A stretch of 64,000 nucleotides of DNA from Candidatus Versatilivorator sp. (GTDB taxonomy: Bacteria; Acidobacteriota; Terriglobia; Versatilivoradales; Versatilivoraceae). Below the pieces are notes generated by a model that saw nothing but the letters and a program-made list of their open reading frames with translations, searched no databases and was not told the DNA's origin. Each line of letters starts with the position of its first letter. Position 1 is the stretch's first letter. The stretch covers positions 439,890 to 503,889 of the forward strand of contig CBDAOQ010000003.1 of NCBI GenBank assembly GCA_965198125.1. The letters are read 5' to 3'. This document shows, one piece after another, positions 28,428 to 39,381 of this stretch. Position numbers and translations under genes: made by a program.

Positions 28428-29450
28428 TCAGCTGCCGGCGTTTTGCTCCAATTGGGCCAGCAGGCTGGCTGCGCGGGCGCGTTTGGCCGGATCGGCGTCC
28501 CGGGCGACGATGCGTTGCAGGACCGAGCGGGCCCGGGGATCCCCGGCGGCACCCATCTCCAGGCCCATCCGGTCCCGCTTCTCAAAATAGCTGGGATCGA
28601 AGGGCTGGACCTTCAGAGGATATTGCCGCCAATAGTATTTCAACCGGCTGCCGGGGGGCCAATCGGCATACACCTGCTCCCAGTTGCGAACTTCCCTGCC
28701 GTGGGGCTCCAGGCTTCCTGGGGCGATGGGTTGGTCGACCCTCTGGAACCGGGCGTCCATGGACAGGCGCAACCGATTGCTCCGGTTGGCGACCCCCTTG
28801 TGAACCATCAGGCTGTGAAAAAACAGCACGTCGCCCTGCTCCACCGGGTTGTGGACCCAGTCTCCTTCCAGTTTGTCGGTGACCTCCATACCCCCGGCCC
28901 CCAGCGCCGGGCGAAATTCGTAAACGCCACCCCGATGAGAACCGGTAGAGAGTTGCAAGCCCCCCATCTCGCCGGCGAGGTCGCTCACGGGGAACCAGGC
29001 CGTGTAGGTCTGCGCGGTTCCCTGAATGGGGACCCAGTCCTGATGGGGCGGGGTGGTGTACTCCACTTTTTGCGGAAAGATGGTTCGCCCGATCAAGCGT
29101 GGATGGGGCAGAACCCTCCCGCCCAGAAGCCGCTCCACCACCGCCAGCAGGTCCGCATGGTGCTGAATGGCCTGGAATTCCATTATCGACAACACCCGGG
29201 TCATGACCTCCATGTAGGGCCGCTCGGGTTCCACGCAGAAGGCCTTCAGGTCGGCGACGCCTTCCGCCCCTGCCCCTTCTTCCTTCACCCAACCGACTTC
29301 CTCAAGGACCCTGAGCCACTTCAGGCGCAACTCCTCCAGCAGCTCGCGCGGCAACAGGCCCCGGACGTACAGATAGCCATCCCGGTCCATACGCCGTCTC
29401 AGTTCCGATCCATCTCCAACGATGCCGCTGGAATCTACAAATGGCTTCAC
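28428..29450 (-). CDS. Phytanoyl-CoA dioxygenase (PhyH)-family Fe(II)/2-oxoglutarate oxygenase
   Basis: 340 aa. Motifs TPPHQDW (HxD) and FFHSLMVHKGVANRS (distal His) fit the PhyH double-stranded beta-helix fold. Confidence 0.7.
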   Translation of the reverse strand: MKPFVDSSGIVGDGSELRRRMDRDGYLYVRGLLPRELLEELRLKWLRVLEEVGWVKEEGAGAEGVADLKAFCVEPERPYMEVMTRVLSIMEFQAIQHHADLLAVVERLLGGRVLPHPRLIGRTIFPQKVEYTTPPHQDWVPIQGTAQTYTAWFPVSDLAGEMGGLQLSTGSHRGGVYEFRPALGAGGMEVTDKLEGDWVHNPVEQGDVLFFHSLMVHKGVANRSNRLRLSMDARFQRVDQPIAPGSLEPHGREVRNWEQVYADWPPGSRLKYYWRQYPLKVQPFDPSYFEKRDRMGLEMGAAGDPRARSVLQRIVARDADPAKRARAASLLAQLEQNAGS

Positions 29451-29470
29451 GAGAGCCTCCCTTTATCGCG

Positions 29471-31453
29471 TTAGTCAGAATCCCCTTGCGGCCGGGTCCC
29501 TGGTGTCAGCTCGAGCACGCCCATCGAGGTCCCGGCAAAGAGACGGACCGGACCGGAGCCGGCCATCGCCAAGGTGTGGAGCCGGCCTCCACGGGAGCCG
29601 GTTGCTCCCGGACCCGGCCGACCGGACCCCAGGGCCTGCCAGTTGGCGCCGCCGTCCAGACTTCTGAAGAGGCCGCGGCGCAGCGCCGCATAGAGAACGG
29701 ACGGTCCGGACGGATCGACCAGCAAGGCCCGGACCACCGGAAATGCCGGCAATCCCCGGTTGGCCGGCGACCAGGTCGCCCCTCCATCGGTGCTCTTGAA
29801 CACCCCGTCTCCGTAGGAACCCGCGTAGAGGATGCGGGAGGGGGGGGGACCGACCGCCAGCGCATCGATCATCAGGTCGGGCAAGCCGCCGGCATCGCCC
29901 TTCCAGGTCTCTCCACCGTCGACCGACTTGAACACGCCCGAGCCGTCCGTGGCCGCGTAAAGGGTGTTGGCCAGAACAGGGTCCATGGCCAGCGCCCGCA
30001 CGCTCTTGCTGGTGAGGCCCCCATTGACCGACTTCCAGGAAGCGGCGGCGTCCTCGGTCTTGAATACGCCCGCCCCGTCGGCCGCGGCATACAGGACCGA
30101 CGGATTGGAAGGATCCGCCAGCAGCGAGCGGATCAGACTTAGCGGCGGCAACCCCCCTCGCGCCGCGGCCCAGCTTGCTCCCCCATCGGTGGTCTTGAAG
30201 ACTCCGCCGCCGAAGGTGCCGGCGTACACTCTGCCGGGGTCGGAAGGATCGATCAACAGGGTCTCGACCCGGGGTTCGGTGAGGCCCTGGTTGATGGGTT
30301 CCCATTTGAGGCCGCCGTCCGAACTCTTGAAAATGCCGGAACCCGAGGTCCCGGCGTAGGCGAGATCGGGATTGGCGGGATCGAACGCCAGAGCCTGTAC
30401 TACGACATCGGTCAACCCCTGATTCGAATCCTTCCAATGGGCGCCCCCGTCGGTGCTCAGGAAAACGCCTGCGCCGGCCGTGCCCGCCAGCAGTGTGGAG
30501 TCGTCATCGGGATCGACGACCAGTGCCGTCACCGGGAACAGATCGGGCAGCCCTTCCTTGATCGCCTCCCACTGCTTGCCCCCGTCCGTCGTTTTCAGCA
30601 AACCTTCGTTCAGGGTACCGGCAAATGCCGAAGCCGGACTGGGCACGGTCAGGGTGAGGCTGAGGACCACGGCCCCTTTCTTGACCAGCTTCCAGCTTTC
30701 ACCGCCATCCGGACTTCTGTAGACCATGCCGCCCAGGTTGTCATCGGTGCTGACATACAAGGCCCCAGGTTCGGCTCGATCCACCGCCACCGCGGTAATC
30801 CAACGGTCGTTCAAGCCCTTTCTCTTCCAGGTCTTTCCTCCGTCCAGACTCTTGAACAGACCCTTGCGCTGGGTACCGGCGTAAAGAGTCTGGGGTGCCT
30901 GGGGATCCAGAGCCAGGACTTCGACCTGACTCCCCGTCAACCCCCGGTTGCTGGCCTTCCAGGCTCTCCCGCCGTTGCTTGTCCTGAACACCCCTCCGCC
31001 GAAAGTGCCCGCATAGGCGACGGACGCCTTGCGAGGATCGACCAGCAGGGCCTTGACAGCTTGACCGGGCAACCCGTGCAATCGGGCGGTCCAGGTGGCG
31101 CCCCGGTTGGAACTCCTGAAGACCGACCCACCGGCGGTGGCAAGGTAGAGAATGCGAGGATTCGAAGGAGCGACAGCCAGAGTCTCGACAGGACTCCCGA
31201 ACAACCCCCTGGCGCCGGGGTTCCAGCTCCGGCCTCCGTCACTGCTGGTAAACAGGCTTCCTCGAGTGGTTCCCAGGTAGAGCCGGCGGGAATCTTCCGG
31301 ATCGATTGCCAGACAGGAGACATCGGCGCCGAATGGACCCCGGGGCGTCGATGGCCCGGTCGCCGCCGAGAACTCCCGGAGTCCTGTCGTCAGGAAAACG
31401 AGCGCGGCAGCCAGAACGACCGACGGAAACATGTCCCGATTGGACGACTTCAT
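29471..31453 (-). CDS. Secreted BNR/Asp-box repeat beta-propeller protein (sortilin/Ycf48-like)
   Basis: About 14 repeats of S-x-D-G-G-x-[ST]-W. Signal peptide MKSSNRDMFPSVVLAAALVFLTTG. Confidence 0.75.
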   Translation of the reverse strand: MKSSNRDMFPSVVLAAALVFLTTGLREFSAATGPSTPRGPFGADVSCLAIDPEDSRRLYLGTTRGSLFTSSDGGRSWNPGARGLFGSPVETLAVAPSNPRILYLATAGGSVFRSSNRGATWTARLHGLPGQAVKALLVDPRKASVAYAGTFGGGVFRTSNGGRAWKASNRGLTGSQVEVLALDPQAPQTLYAGTQRKGLFKSLDGGKTWKRKGLNDRWITAVAVDRAEPGALYVSTDDNLGGMVYRSPDGGESWKLVKKGAVVLSLTLTVPSPASAFAGTLNEGLLKTTDGGKQWEAIKEGLPDLFPVTALVVDPDDDSTLLAGTAGAGVFLSTDGGAHWKDSNQGLTDVVVQALAFDPANPDLAYAGTSGSGIFKSSDGGLKWEPINQGLTEPRVETLLIDPSDPGRVYAGTFGGGVFKTTDGGASWAAARGGLPPLSLIRSLLADPSNPSVLYAAADGAGVFKTEDAAASWKSVNGGLTSKSVRALAMDPVLANTLYAATDGSGVFKSVDGGETWKGDAGGLPDLMIDALAVGPPPSRILYAGSYGDGVFKSTDGGATWSPANRGLPAFPVVRALLVDPSGPSVLYAALRRGLFRSLDGGANWQALGSGRPGPGATGSRGGRLHTLAMAGSGPVRLFAGTSMGVLELTPGTRPQGDSD

Positions 31454-31719
31454 TCTCAACCCGAATTGGCCCGGTGGTTCCCGGATTTCCCTGCAGTCCG
31501 TGGGGCGCATTGTACAACATCCCGATGGCTCGCCTGGGAGGGGTTTGCGTCTCCTCGGAGACGCCCTGATCGGAGACCAGCAAATTTCTGCAAATTCTTT
31601 ACAAAATCTCAGTGCAAGTGGTAAATTTCCTTAAATCAGCGGCAATCTGTCTCCACGCCACTCCGGGAGAACGACTCACCCTGGCTGCATTGCGACTCAG
31701 GGAAAAGAGGCAAAGGAAC

Positions 31720-33051
31720 ATGCTCACCATCCATGGAAGACAACAACGGCTTTGCGACGGGATCCACCGCCGCAACTTCATCAAGATCGGCGCCCTAGGC
31801 ATGGGTGGACTGTCGCTGCCTCAACTGTTGCGCGCGGAGCGCCAGGCCGGACTGGGCAAATCCAGCAAGGCCATCATCATGATTTATCTGCCCGGCGGTC
31901 CACCGCACCAGGACATGTATGAGCTCAAGATGGATGCCCCCTCGGAGATTCGCGGGGAGTTCAAGCCCATCCCCACCAACGTCTCCGGCATTCGGATCTG
32001 CGAGCATCTTCCCCGCCTGGCCAAGATCACCGACAAGCTGGTGCTCCTGCGAACCATCGTTGGCGCCAAGGACCGCCACTCCTCCCATCAGTGCATGACC
32101 GGACGCCTGATGGATGACCCGCCCGCCGGCGGGTGGCCCGAGATCGGTTCGGTCATTTCCAGGCTGGAGGGGTCCACCCATCCGGCTGTGCCCCCCTACG
32201 TAAACCTCACCCCCAAAATGAGGCACAAGCCCTACAACTTCGGACACCCCAGCTTCCTGGGCGTCGCCCATACTCCGTTCCGCCCCGACGGGGATACCCG
32301 GAAGGATATGACCCTTCAAGGCATCAGCCTGGAGCGGCTGTCGGACCGCCGGGCGCTGCTCCAAAGTTTCGACCGCTTCCGCCGGGATACCGACCAAAGC
32401 GGAAGAATGAAAGGGCTGGATGCCTTTAACCAGCAGGCCTTCGATGTTCTGACCTCCAGCCGCCTCCTGGAAGCCCTGGACCTGGAGAAGGAAGATCCAC
32501 GCATCCGCGAGCGCTATGGAGAGGGAACCCCCCAACATCAAGGGGATGCCGCCCCCAGACTGATGGGACAGTTCCTCCTGGCCCGCAGGCTGGTGGAGGC
32601 CGGGGTTCGCTGCGTTACCGTCAGCTTCAGCTTCTGGGATTGGCACGGCGGCAATTTCAAGAGGGGACGGGACAATCTGCCCCCCTTTGACCAGGGGGTC
32701 AGCGCCCTGGTGGAGGACCTGCATCAGCGGGGATTGGACAAGGATGTCACGGTGATCGCCTGGGGCGAGTTCGGCCGCACTCCCAAAATCAACAAGGACG
32801 GGGGGCGGGACCACTGGCCTCGAGTATCCTCTGCCCTGATGGCGGGCGGCGGCATGCGCACCGGACAGGCGATTGGCACTACCAATCGACTGGGAGAAGA
32901 GCCCAAGGAACGACCGATTCACTTCCAGGAAGTCTTCGCCACCCTCTACCACAACTTGGGCATTGACGCCGCCACCACTCAAATCACCGATCTGAACGAC
33001 CGGCCACACTATCTGGTGGACGGCTACCGCCCGTTGCCGGAAGTCATCTGA
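31720..33051 (+). CDS. DUF1501 domain protein (sulfatase / alkaline-phosphatase-like fold) with Tat motif
   Basis: [23 protein letters not shown] Tat motif. Hallmark DUF1501 segments ([19 protein letters not shown]; WDWHGGNF; [14 protein letters not shown]). 77% identical by eye to 35320-36660. Confidence 0.8.
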   Translation: MLTIHGRQQRLCDGIHRRNFIKIGALGMGGLSLPQLLRAERQAGLGKSSKAIIMIYLPGGPPHQDMYELKMDAPSEIRGEFKPIPTNVSGIRICEHLPRLAKITDKLVLLRTIVGAKDRHSSHQCMTGRLMDDPPAGGWPEIGSVISRLEGSTHPAVPPYVNLTPKMRHKPYNFGHPSFLGVAHTPFRPDGDTRKDMTLQGISLERLSDRRALLQSFDRFRRDTDQSGRMKGLDAFNQQAFDVLTSSRLLEALDLEKEDPRIRERYGEGTPQHQGDAAPRLMGQFLLARRLVEAGVRCVTVSFSFWDWHGGNFKRGRDNLPPFDQGVSALVEDLHQRGLDKDVTVIAWGEFGRTPKINKDGGRDHWPRVSSALMAGGGMRTGQAIGTTNRLGEEPKERPIHFQEVFATLYHNLGIDAATTQITDLNDRPHYLVDGYRPLPEVI

Positions 33052-33060
33052 CCCCGGCAA

Positions 33061-33960
33061 TCAGCTGCCGGCATCCTTTTTCCTTCCATACATCGTGTCA
33101 ATCTCGTCCTTCATCTGGTCCGCCCCAGCCTGAATGGCCTCGTCGGGGCTCTCCTGCAAGCTGGCGAACGCCAGGTTGAGCAACTTGGCAGCCTCCTGCA
33201 GGAAGAGCGAATAGCTCCTGATCTCGCTCAATCCGTCCCGGCCGAAGAGCTTCTGGTTGTCCAGGAGACATTGAGCCACCGTCAGAAGCAACCGGCTCGG
33301 AACCAGATCGACCGATCCCTGGTCCAAGGTCGTTCGGGCCAAGTCCAGGTCCTCCTCCGAGCCCACAAACCGTGCCAACGTTCGGGCAACTCCCTTGGGG
33401 AGTTCGATGGCTTCGACCTGCTGTTGCTGTTCCGAATCAAGCGTCTTCCCACTCCTCAACTCTTCCATCTGGTCCGGCCCCGGGTCCGAATCGTCAACCG
33501 GCCAGGAGGATTCCAGGGCATAGGTGGATTGAGGCGAGTGTTGCTTCAGAAAGCCATCGCAGGCCTGGTACAGCGCCAGCGCCACACTCTTTCGCTTGCG
33601 GTGGTAATTGAAGGCCGTGGAGCGCAGTTCGCCATATTTATCGGGAGCTGCTTCCATGCCGGCCAGGTAGGCATCTGCAATGTTGCGGTACCCATCGCTT
33701 TGTCCTGCCAGCACGATGATCGACAGAAGCCGGGCTTTGCCGGCCTGTTCACTTTCTGGAAACAGCGATTGCACATCGCCGGCCCAACTGACGGCCTTTT
33801 CGTAACGCCCGTCCGCCACCGCTGCTTGCATCAGGGAAAAAAGATACTCCGGGCTGTTCCGATCGACCTGAGGCCCCTGGCTGCAGCCGGCGCCCGTCAG
33901 ACAGACGATTGCGACCAGGCCGGCGCTGAGACAGTCGTGGAACGACGTAGGAACTCTCAT
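33061..33960 (-). CDS. Hypothetical lipoprotein
   Basis: Signal peptide with lipobox (LVAIVCLTGAGCSQ). Acidic, helical-looking 299 aa. No family recognised. Confidence 0.5.
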   Translation of the reverse strand: MRVPTSFHDCLSAGLVAIVCLTGAGCSQGPQVDRNSPEYLFSLMQAAVADGRYEKAVSWAGDVQSLFPESEQAGKARLLSIIVLAGQSDGYRNIADAYLAGMEAAPDKYGELRSTAFNYHRKRKSVALALYQACDGFLKQHSPQSTYALESSWPVDDSDPGPDQMEELRSGKTLDSEQQQQVEAIELPKGVARTLARFVGSEEDLDLARTTLDQGSVDLVPSRLLLTVAQCLLDNQKLFGRDGLSEIRSYSLFLQEAAKLLNLAFASLQESPDEAIQAGADQMKDEIDTMYGRKKDAGS

Positions 33961-34321
33961 GGGTCAACTCCTTCCATAACGGTTGGGGATGAGCCTCTGC
34001 CGGTTCCATGAGGCGTCTCAGGTGAGACCGACGGGGCTGCAGGTTGTCTCCGCTGTCTTGGCATTCGAACCCCTACAGACACTGGGGGGAACCCCTAGTT
34101 CTGTCAAGATGCTGCAAATACTATATTTGTCATCAACCACCAGCCATCCGCCGAGAAACTGCGGGGCAAGTCCGAGAGCCGGCAGCCGCTCCGCGGGCGG
34201 GACGGCTTGCAATGAAACCTGAACGGGTGTTGAAATTGAATTCCGATTGGCGGAAAAGGGGTTGGAGAGCGAATATGACATCGTGACCTGAAACACTCCT
34301 GTTTCACGCCTCGGATGATCT

Positions 34322-34576
34322 GCGTAGGCGGCAGGGCAGGGGCCCCACTTGTCTGAAACAACCCTGTCGTCCGGTGGTGGGAGACCGGTTCATAGTCAAG
34401 CGTGAGTCGATTGTTTATTAACATCGATGCACAGATGAGGATTTTTTCCGGAGACGGCTGGCTTGTGTTCCCGGACATCCTCAAATCCGCACACGATCAT
34501 CGCCCGAGTCAGCGTCTCCTGCAGCAGCCTCCCGTCCTGATTATCCTGTGCATCCTGTGCATCGATGTTCAATTTA
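34322..34576. repeat. Composite repeat: C-unit (GC hairpin + TTGTCTGAAACAA palindrome) followed by a MITE family B copy
   Basis: The C-unit is homologous to 50520-50598 and 50911-50989. The B copy at 34418-34576 has TIRs ACATCGATGCACAG… / …CCTGTGCATCGATGTTCAA. Confidence 0.65.
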
Positions 34577-34733
34577 TAGTCCTTCTCGATGGATCTGCCC
34601 AGTCGCGGGGGGCGGGCGCCCGGCTCGCAGGCAAACGGGAGTTTATCCCCAAAGGGGACAGGCCGGCTTTCAGAGAAGTCGCCCGCCGGATACCCCCCAC
34701 CTCACCATCGGGACGACACCCCCGGGAGCGCGG

Positions 34734-34934
34734 GCGTCCCGCCCGCATGCTGTCCCTTCGGTTGCCGCTCAGTTTCCCTGCGATGTTGCAGCCGACCGCC
34801 CTGCCGGCGGGAACCGCATGGGCCCGGCCGAAGCAGAGGCAGGGCGCCGCTGCCGGTTGATTGCGGTGGAGGAGATGGCCGAAGCTGCGGGAGGATTTGT
34901 GCGGGCGGGACGCCCGCGCTCCCGGGTGGGCTTC
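34734..34934. repeat. MITE family A copy (opposite orientation subfamily)
   Basis: GGGAGCGCGGGCGTCCCGCCCGCA at 34734 and its inverse GCGGGCGGGACGCCCGCGCTCCC at about 34911-34934. The internal region is the reverse complement of the 8378-8552 copy. Confidence 0.7.
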
Positions 34935-35319
34935 CTCCCATGACAGGGTCACACCAACGGGACAAAAGTGCAGAAGCATTTTGGCGCCAGTTGTCGTTGA
35001 AGGAGGTCCATCTGTCTTCTGGTCTATTTGTGTTTATTCGTGTCCATTCGTGGTTCGTCTTCATTAACGATCAGCTGTTTTTCCTCGAATGATCCGCACG
35101 GCCGGGCGGGGGCCCGGCTATACAGGAACGCTGCGCTTCCGGCTTCCGTTGGACACCAACGACCAGCATGAACGCGAGCAAACTTTCATGGTCGCGGGAA
35201 TCTCGCCCCTGTTTGCAGCGATCACGTCTTTACACTTCCCAGTCTCGGAAGTGATACATTAACGTGGAATTGTATTCAATGGCTTGGATCAGGCAATCGT
35301 CTGGAGGAGGTTGAGAGAA

Positions 35320-36660
35320 ATGCTGACCATCTACGGGCAAGGCCACCGCATGTGCGACGGGATGTCGCGGCGAAACTTTATCCAGATCGGCGCGCTGGGA
35401 ATGGGTGGATTGACCCTGCCCCAATTGCTCCGGGCGGAAAAGCAGTCCGGCCTGGGCAAGTCCGGCAAGGCCATCATCATGGTTTACATGCCCGGCGGCC
35501 CTCCGCACCAGGACATGTACGAAATCAAGCCCGACGCCCCCTCTGAGATCCGAGGTGAGTTTCAGGCCATCAAGACCAACGTCCCGGGAATCCATGTCTG
35601 CGAGCACCTGCCTCAGTTGGCCAGGATCATGGACAAGCTGGTGCTGGTGCGGACCGTGGTTGGAGCAGAGAATTCGCACTCCTCCTACCAGTGCATGACC
35701 GGGCACATAAGCGGCCGCAGGGGAAATCCTCCCCCGGGAGGCTGGCCGGAACTGGGATCGGTTCTCTCCAAGCTGAAAGGGCCCGCCGATCCAGCCATTC
35801 CGCCCTACGTCAACCTGTCCCACAAGTCCCGCCATGGGGGATACAACTTCGGCCGCCCCAGTTTCCTGGGCGTGTCCCACACTCCCTTCAAGCCGCAGGG
35901 GGACATCAGAAACGACATGACCCTGAATGGGATCAGTCTGGAACGGCTTTCGGACCGCAGGCAGCTACTGCAGAGCTTCGACCGATTCCGCCGCGACGTC
36001 GACCGAACCGGTCTGATGGAAGGTTTGGACAGCTTCCACGAGCAGGCCTTCGATGTCCTGACCTCCAGCCGGCTGCTGAAGGCCCTGGACGTCGAGCAGG
36101 AAAGTCCCCGGCTCCGAGACCGCTACGGCAGAGGTTCCCCCAAGCCGGAACGGGACGCGGCCCCCATGCACATGGACCAATTCCTGGTGGCTCGCCGGCT
36201 GGTGGAGGCAGGTGTCCGCTGCGTGACGGTGAGCTTCGGCTACTGGGATTGGCACAGCACCAATTTCAAGAATGGGCGCTATTACCTCCCGGCCTTCGAC
36301 CAGGGGGTCAGCGCCCTGGTGGAAGACCTCCACCAACGTGGACTCGACAAGGATGTCTCGGTAGTCGCCTGGGGTGAGTTCGGCCGCACTCCCAAAATCA
36401 ACAAGGATGCAGGCCGCGACCACTGGCCACGCAACTCCTGCGCGCTGATGGCCGGCGGCGGGATGCGGGCCGGCCAGGCCATCGGCTCCACCAATCGACT
36501 GGGCGAGGAACCCAAGGAAAGACCGGTCCACGTTCAGGAGATCTTTGCCACGCTCTACCACAATCTGGGCATCGACGCCAATAAGGCTCAGCTTACCGAT
36601 CTTGCCGACCGCCCCCATTACCTGGTCGACGGTCACTTGCCCATGACGGAAGTGATTTGA
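35320..36660 (+). CDS. DUF1501 domain protein (sulfatase-like) with Tat motif, paralog 2
   Basis: [39 protein letters not shown]. Collinear with the 31720-33051 protein throughout. Confidence 0.8.
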   Translation: MLTIYGQGHRMCDGMSRRNFIQIGALGMGGLTLPQLLRAEKQSGLGKSGKAIIMVYMPGGPPHQDMYEIKPDAPSEIRGEFQAIKTNVPGIHVCEHLPQLARIMDKLVLVRTVVGAENSHSSYQCMTGHISGRRGNPPPGGWPELGSVLSKLKGPADPAIPPYVNLSHKSRHGGYNFGRPSFLGVSHTPFKPQGDIRNDMTLNGISLERLSDRRQLLQSFDRFRRDVDRTGLMEGLDSFHEQAFDVLTSSRLLKALDVEQESPRLRDRYGRGSPKPERDAAPMHMDQFLVARRLVEAGVRCVTVSFGYWDWHSTNFKNGRYYLPAFDQGVSALVEDLHQRGLDKDVSVVAWGEFGRTPKINKDAGRDHWPRNSCALMAGGGMRAGQAIGSTNRLGEEPKERPVHVQEIFATLYHNLGIDANKAQLTDLADRPHYLVDGHLPMTEVI

Positions 36661-36679
36661 TTGCAAAGGTGGGTTAGCG

Positions 36680-39232
36680 ATGGTGAGCGTCACTCGGTCC
36701 ACCCTCCCCGGGGTCACCAGCCTGGCTTTGATCCTGCTTCTCCCGGCCGGTCCCGCACGGGGCAAGTCCACTCAGTCCGTACCCTCCTCGGAGGCCAACC
36801 CGCTCGTCGCGCTGACCGTGGAGACCGGTCGGCCCGGTTCGCCCGATTTGGAAGCGGCGGCTTTGCTGCGGGGACCGGAAGCAAGACAGCAGCTCCTGGT
36901 GACGGGACGCTTGCGCGATGGACGTCTGGTGGATTACACCCGCCAAGTCCAATACCAATCCCGGCCGCCGGGAATCGTCTCCATCGACAAGGCCGGCTTT
37001 GTGATCCCGTTGGCCAATGGATCGGTTCAGGTCACGGCCGGGCTTCCTCAGGGGCTTACCGCCAGCACCCGCCTTTCCGTCCGAGAGATCGGCCAATCCC
37101 GACGTGTGAATTTCCCCAACGAGATTGTTCCCATCTTCACCAAGTCGGGGTGTAACAGCGGAGGCTGCCACGGCAAGGCCTCGGGTCAAAACGGCTTCAG
37201 GTTGTCGCTGCTGGGCTTCGAGCCCCAGGAAGATTTCGAATATCTGGTCGTCGAGGGACGGGGACGCCGCCTGTTTCCGGCTGCCCCCGACCGGAGCCTG
37301 CTCCTGCTCAAGGCCACGGCGGCGGTCCCTCACGGCGGCGGGCTTCGGGTTGACAGCAATTCCCCGGCCTTCGACCTGCTCTCTCGCTGGATCAGGCAGG
37401 GCATGCCCTACGGCCGACCCGATGACCCCAGGGTGGCGGGAATCCAGGTGCTCCCGGCCCAACGGTTGATGTCTCGCAACCAGGAACAGCAGCTCCTGGT
37501 GACGGCAACCTATTCCGACGGTTCCAGCAAAGATGTGACCCGCCTTTGCCAGTATGACTCCAACCAGAAAGACCTGGCGGAGGTAAGCCCTTCGGGTCTG
37601 GTGGGGGTTGGGGAACGGGCCGGTCAATCAGCGGTCATGGTCCGATTCCAGGACCAGGTGGCGGTGTTTCGCGTCACGGTCCCCTATGGCGGTCGGGTAC
37701 CAGACGGGCCGCCGGGAGAAAGCTTCATCGACCAATGGGTGCTCAGCAAGCTCCGAACCCTGGAGCTGCCACCGTCGGAACTCTGCGACGATGCCACCTT
37801 TCTGCGCCGAACGTCGATCGACATCACGGGGCGCTTGCCCACCCCCGGCCAGGCCAGGAAATTCCTGGCAGATCCGGATCCGGCCAAGCGCCAAAAATGG
37901 GTCGATCGGCTGCTGGCGAGTCCGGAGTACGCCGACTATTTCACCAACAAATGGAATGCCATCCTGCGCAATAAACGGCGGGACCAGCGGTCCACCCGGG
38001 GTAATTTTCTGTTCCACGCCTGGATCCGTCAAAGCCTCGTGGAAAACAAGCCCTACGACCAGTGGATGCGAGAGATTGTGGCGGCTTCCGGGGAATTGGG
38101 CCGCAATCCGGCCGTGACCTGGTTGCGAGAGGTCAAGAGCATCGAGGACCAGGTACAAGACGCAGCCCAGATCTTTCTGGGCGTTCGACTGCAGTGCGCC
38201 CGCTGCCATCACCATCCCTACGAACGATGGAGCCAGCAGGATTACTACGGGTTTGCCGCCTTCTTTACTCGCCTGGCACGCAAGCCGGGAACTCAAGCCG
38301 GGGAGGAGGTCATTTTCCATGATCGCGGAACGGCGGCGGCCATTAATCCCAAGACCAAGCTTCCGGTGATGCCCACCGGACTGGGGACGGAAGCCTTCGA
38401 CATCCCCCCCGAGCAGGACCCGCGGCAAGTCCTGGCGAATTGGATCGCCGACAAGGACAACCCCTTCTTTGCCCGGATGCTGGTGAACCGATACTGGAAG
38501 CATTTCATGGGACGCGGTCTGGTGGAACCGGAAGACGACATGAGAGGGACCAACCCGGCCACCAATCCTGATTTGCTGGAGGCCCTCGCCAGCCATTTCA
38601 TCCAGAGCGGATTCGACCTCAAGGAGCTGATCCGGACGATCTGTGAATCCAGGACCTATCAACTCAGTTCCCACCCCAACGGCCAGAATGCGGATGACAG
38701 TCAAAACTTTTCCAGGTACTACCCCAAACGGCTGACGGCCGAGGTCCTTCTGGACGCCATCGACCAGGTGACCGATGTCCAGACCGACTTCCCCGGGCAG
38801 CCCAGCGGAACCCGAGCCCTGCAGCTCCCCGACGACAGCTTCAACGCCCACTCCTACTTCCTGGCGTTGTTTGGCCGACCCAACAATGCCAGTGCTTCGG
38901 AATCCGAGCGAACCCATGACGCCAACCTGGCTCAGAGCCTCCACCTGTTGAATTCTGGCAAGATCCATGAAAAGGTCAGCAACCCGCAGGGGCGGGCCGT
39001 CCGTTTAGCCAATGATTCCAGCCTGACCGACGAAGAGAAAATCCGGGAGCTCTATTTGTGGACTCTGTCGCGGCCGCCTGAAGGGAAGGAAATGGAGATG
39101 GCATTGGGATATTTACGGAAAGGGCCTCAAAATTCGGACGACGCTACAGCCTCGCAAAGCCGGTTGGAAGAGGCCTATCAAGACACCCTCTGGGCTCTGC
39201 TCAACACCAAAGAATTCCTCTTCAACCATTGA
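36680..39232 (+). CDS. DUF1549/DUF1553 (PSCyt2/PSD1) domain protein with Ig-like (Big_2) region
   Basis: 850 aa with signal peptide. Contains KSGCNSGGCHG, …LQCARCHHHPYERWSQQDYYGFAAFF… and a C-terminal DUF1553-like region. It is the canonical partner of DUF1501 genes in Planctomycetes-type genomes. Confidence 0.75.
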   Translation: MVSVTRSTLPGVTSLALILLLPAGPARGKSTQSVPSSEANPLVALTVETGRPGSPDLEAAALLRGPEARQQLLVTGRLRDGRLVDYTRQVQYQSRPPGIVSIDKAGFVIPLANGSVQVTAGLPQGLTASTRLSVREIGQSRRVNFPNEIVPIFTKSGCNSGGCHGKASGQNGFRLSLLGFEPQEDFEYLVVEGRGRRLFPAAPDRSLLLLKATAAVPHGGGLRVDSNSPAFDLLSRWIRQGMPYGRPDDPRVAGIQVLPAQRLMSRNQEQQLLVTATYSDGSSKDVTRLCQYDSNQKDLAEVSPSGLVGVGERAGQSAVMVRFQDQVAVFRVTVPYGGRVPDGPPGESFIDQWVLSKLRTLELPPSELCDDATFLRRTSIDITGRLPTPGQARKFLADPDPAKRQKWVDRLLASPEYADYFTNKWNAILRNKRRDQRSTRGNFLFHAWIRQSLVENKPYDQWMREIVAASGELGRNPAVTWLREVKSIEDQVQDAAQIFLGVRLQCARCHHHPYERWSQQDYYGFAAFFTRLARKPGTQAGEEVIFHDRGTAAAINPKTKLPVMPTGLGTEAFDIPPEQDPRQVLANWIADKDNPFFARMLVNRYWKHFMGRGLVEPEDDMRGTNPATNPDLLEALASHFIQSGFDLKELIRTICESRTYQLSSHPNGQNADDSQNFSRYYPKRLTAEVLLDAIDQVTDVQTDFPGQPSGTRALQLPDDSFNAHSYFLALFGRPNNASASESERTHDANLAQSLHLLNSGKIHEKVSNPQGRAVRLANDSSLTDEEKIRELYLWTLSRPPEGKEMEMALGYLRKGPQNSDDATASQSRLEEAYQDTLWALLNTKEFLFNH

Positions 39233-39381
39233 GTCCTCTTGCCGAGTTCGGACCCGCGACTCTCGGGGTGTCACTGAACGGGTCAACGCCGGGCGCCGGT
39301 TTCCACTCCTCCGTTGTGTTCCCGGTCTGAGCCGGCCCGGTTGATGGGTGATCGACCCCTATCCGGAGTTGGAGAGTTCCC

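Noticed and set aside
31580-31640. Partial resemblance to the candidate operator (TTTTGTAAAGAATTTGC on the minus strand) between the BNR-repeat gene and the first DUF1501 gene
   Set aside because: Only one half-site-like segment matches. Similarity is within what AT-richer promoter regions produce by chance.
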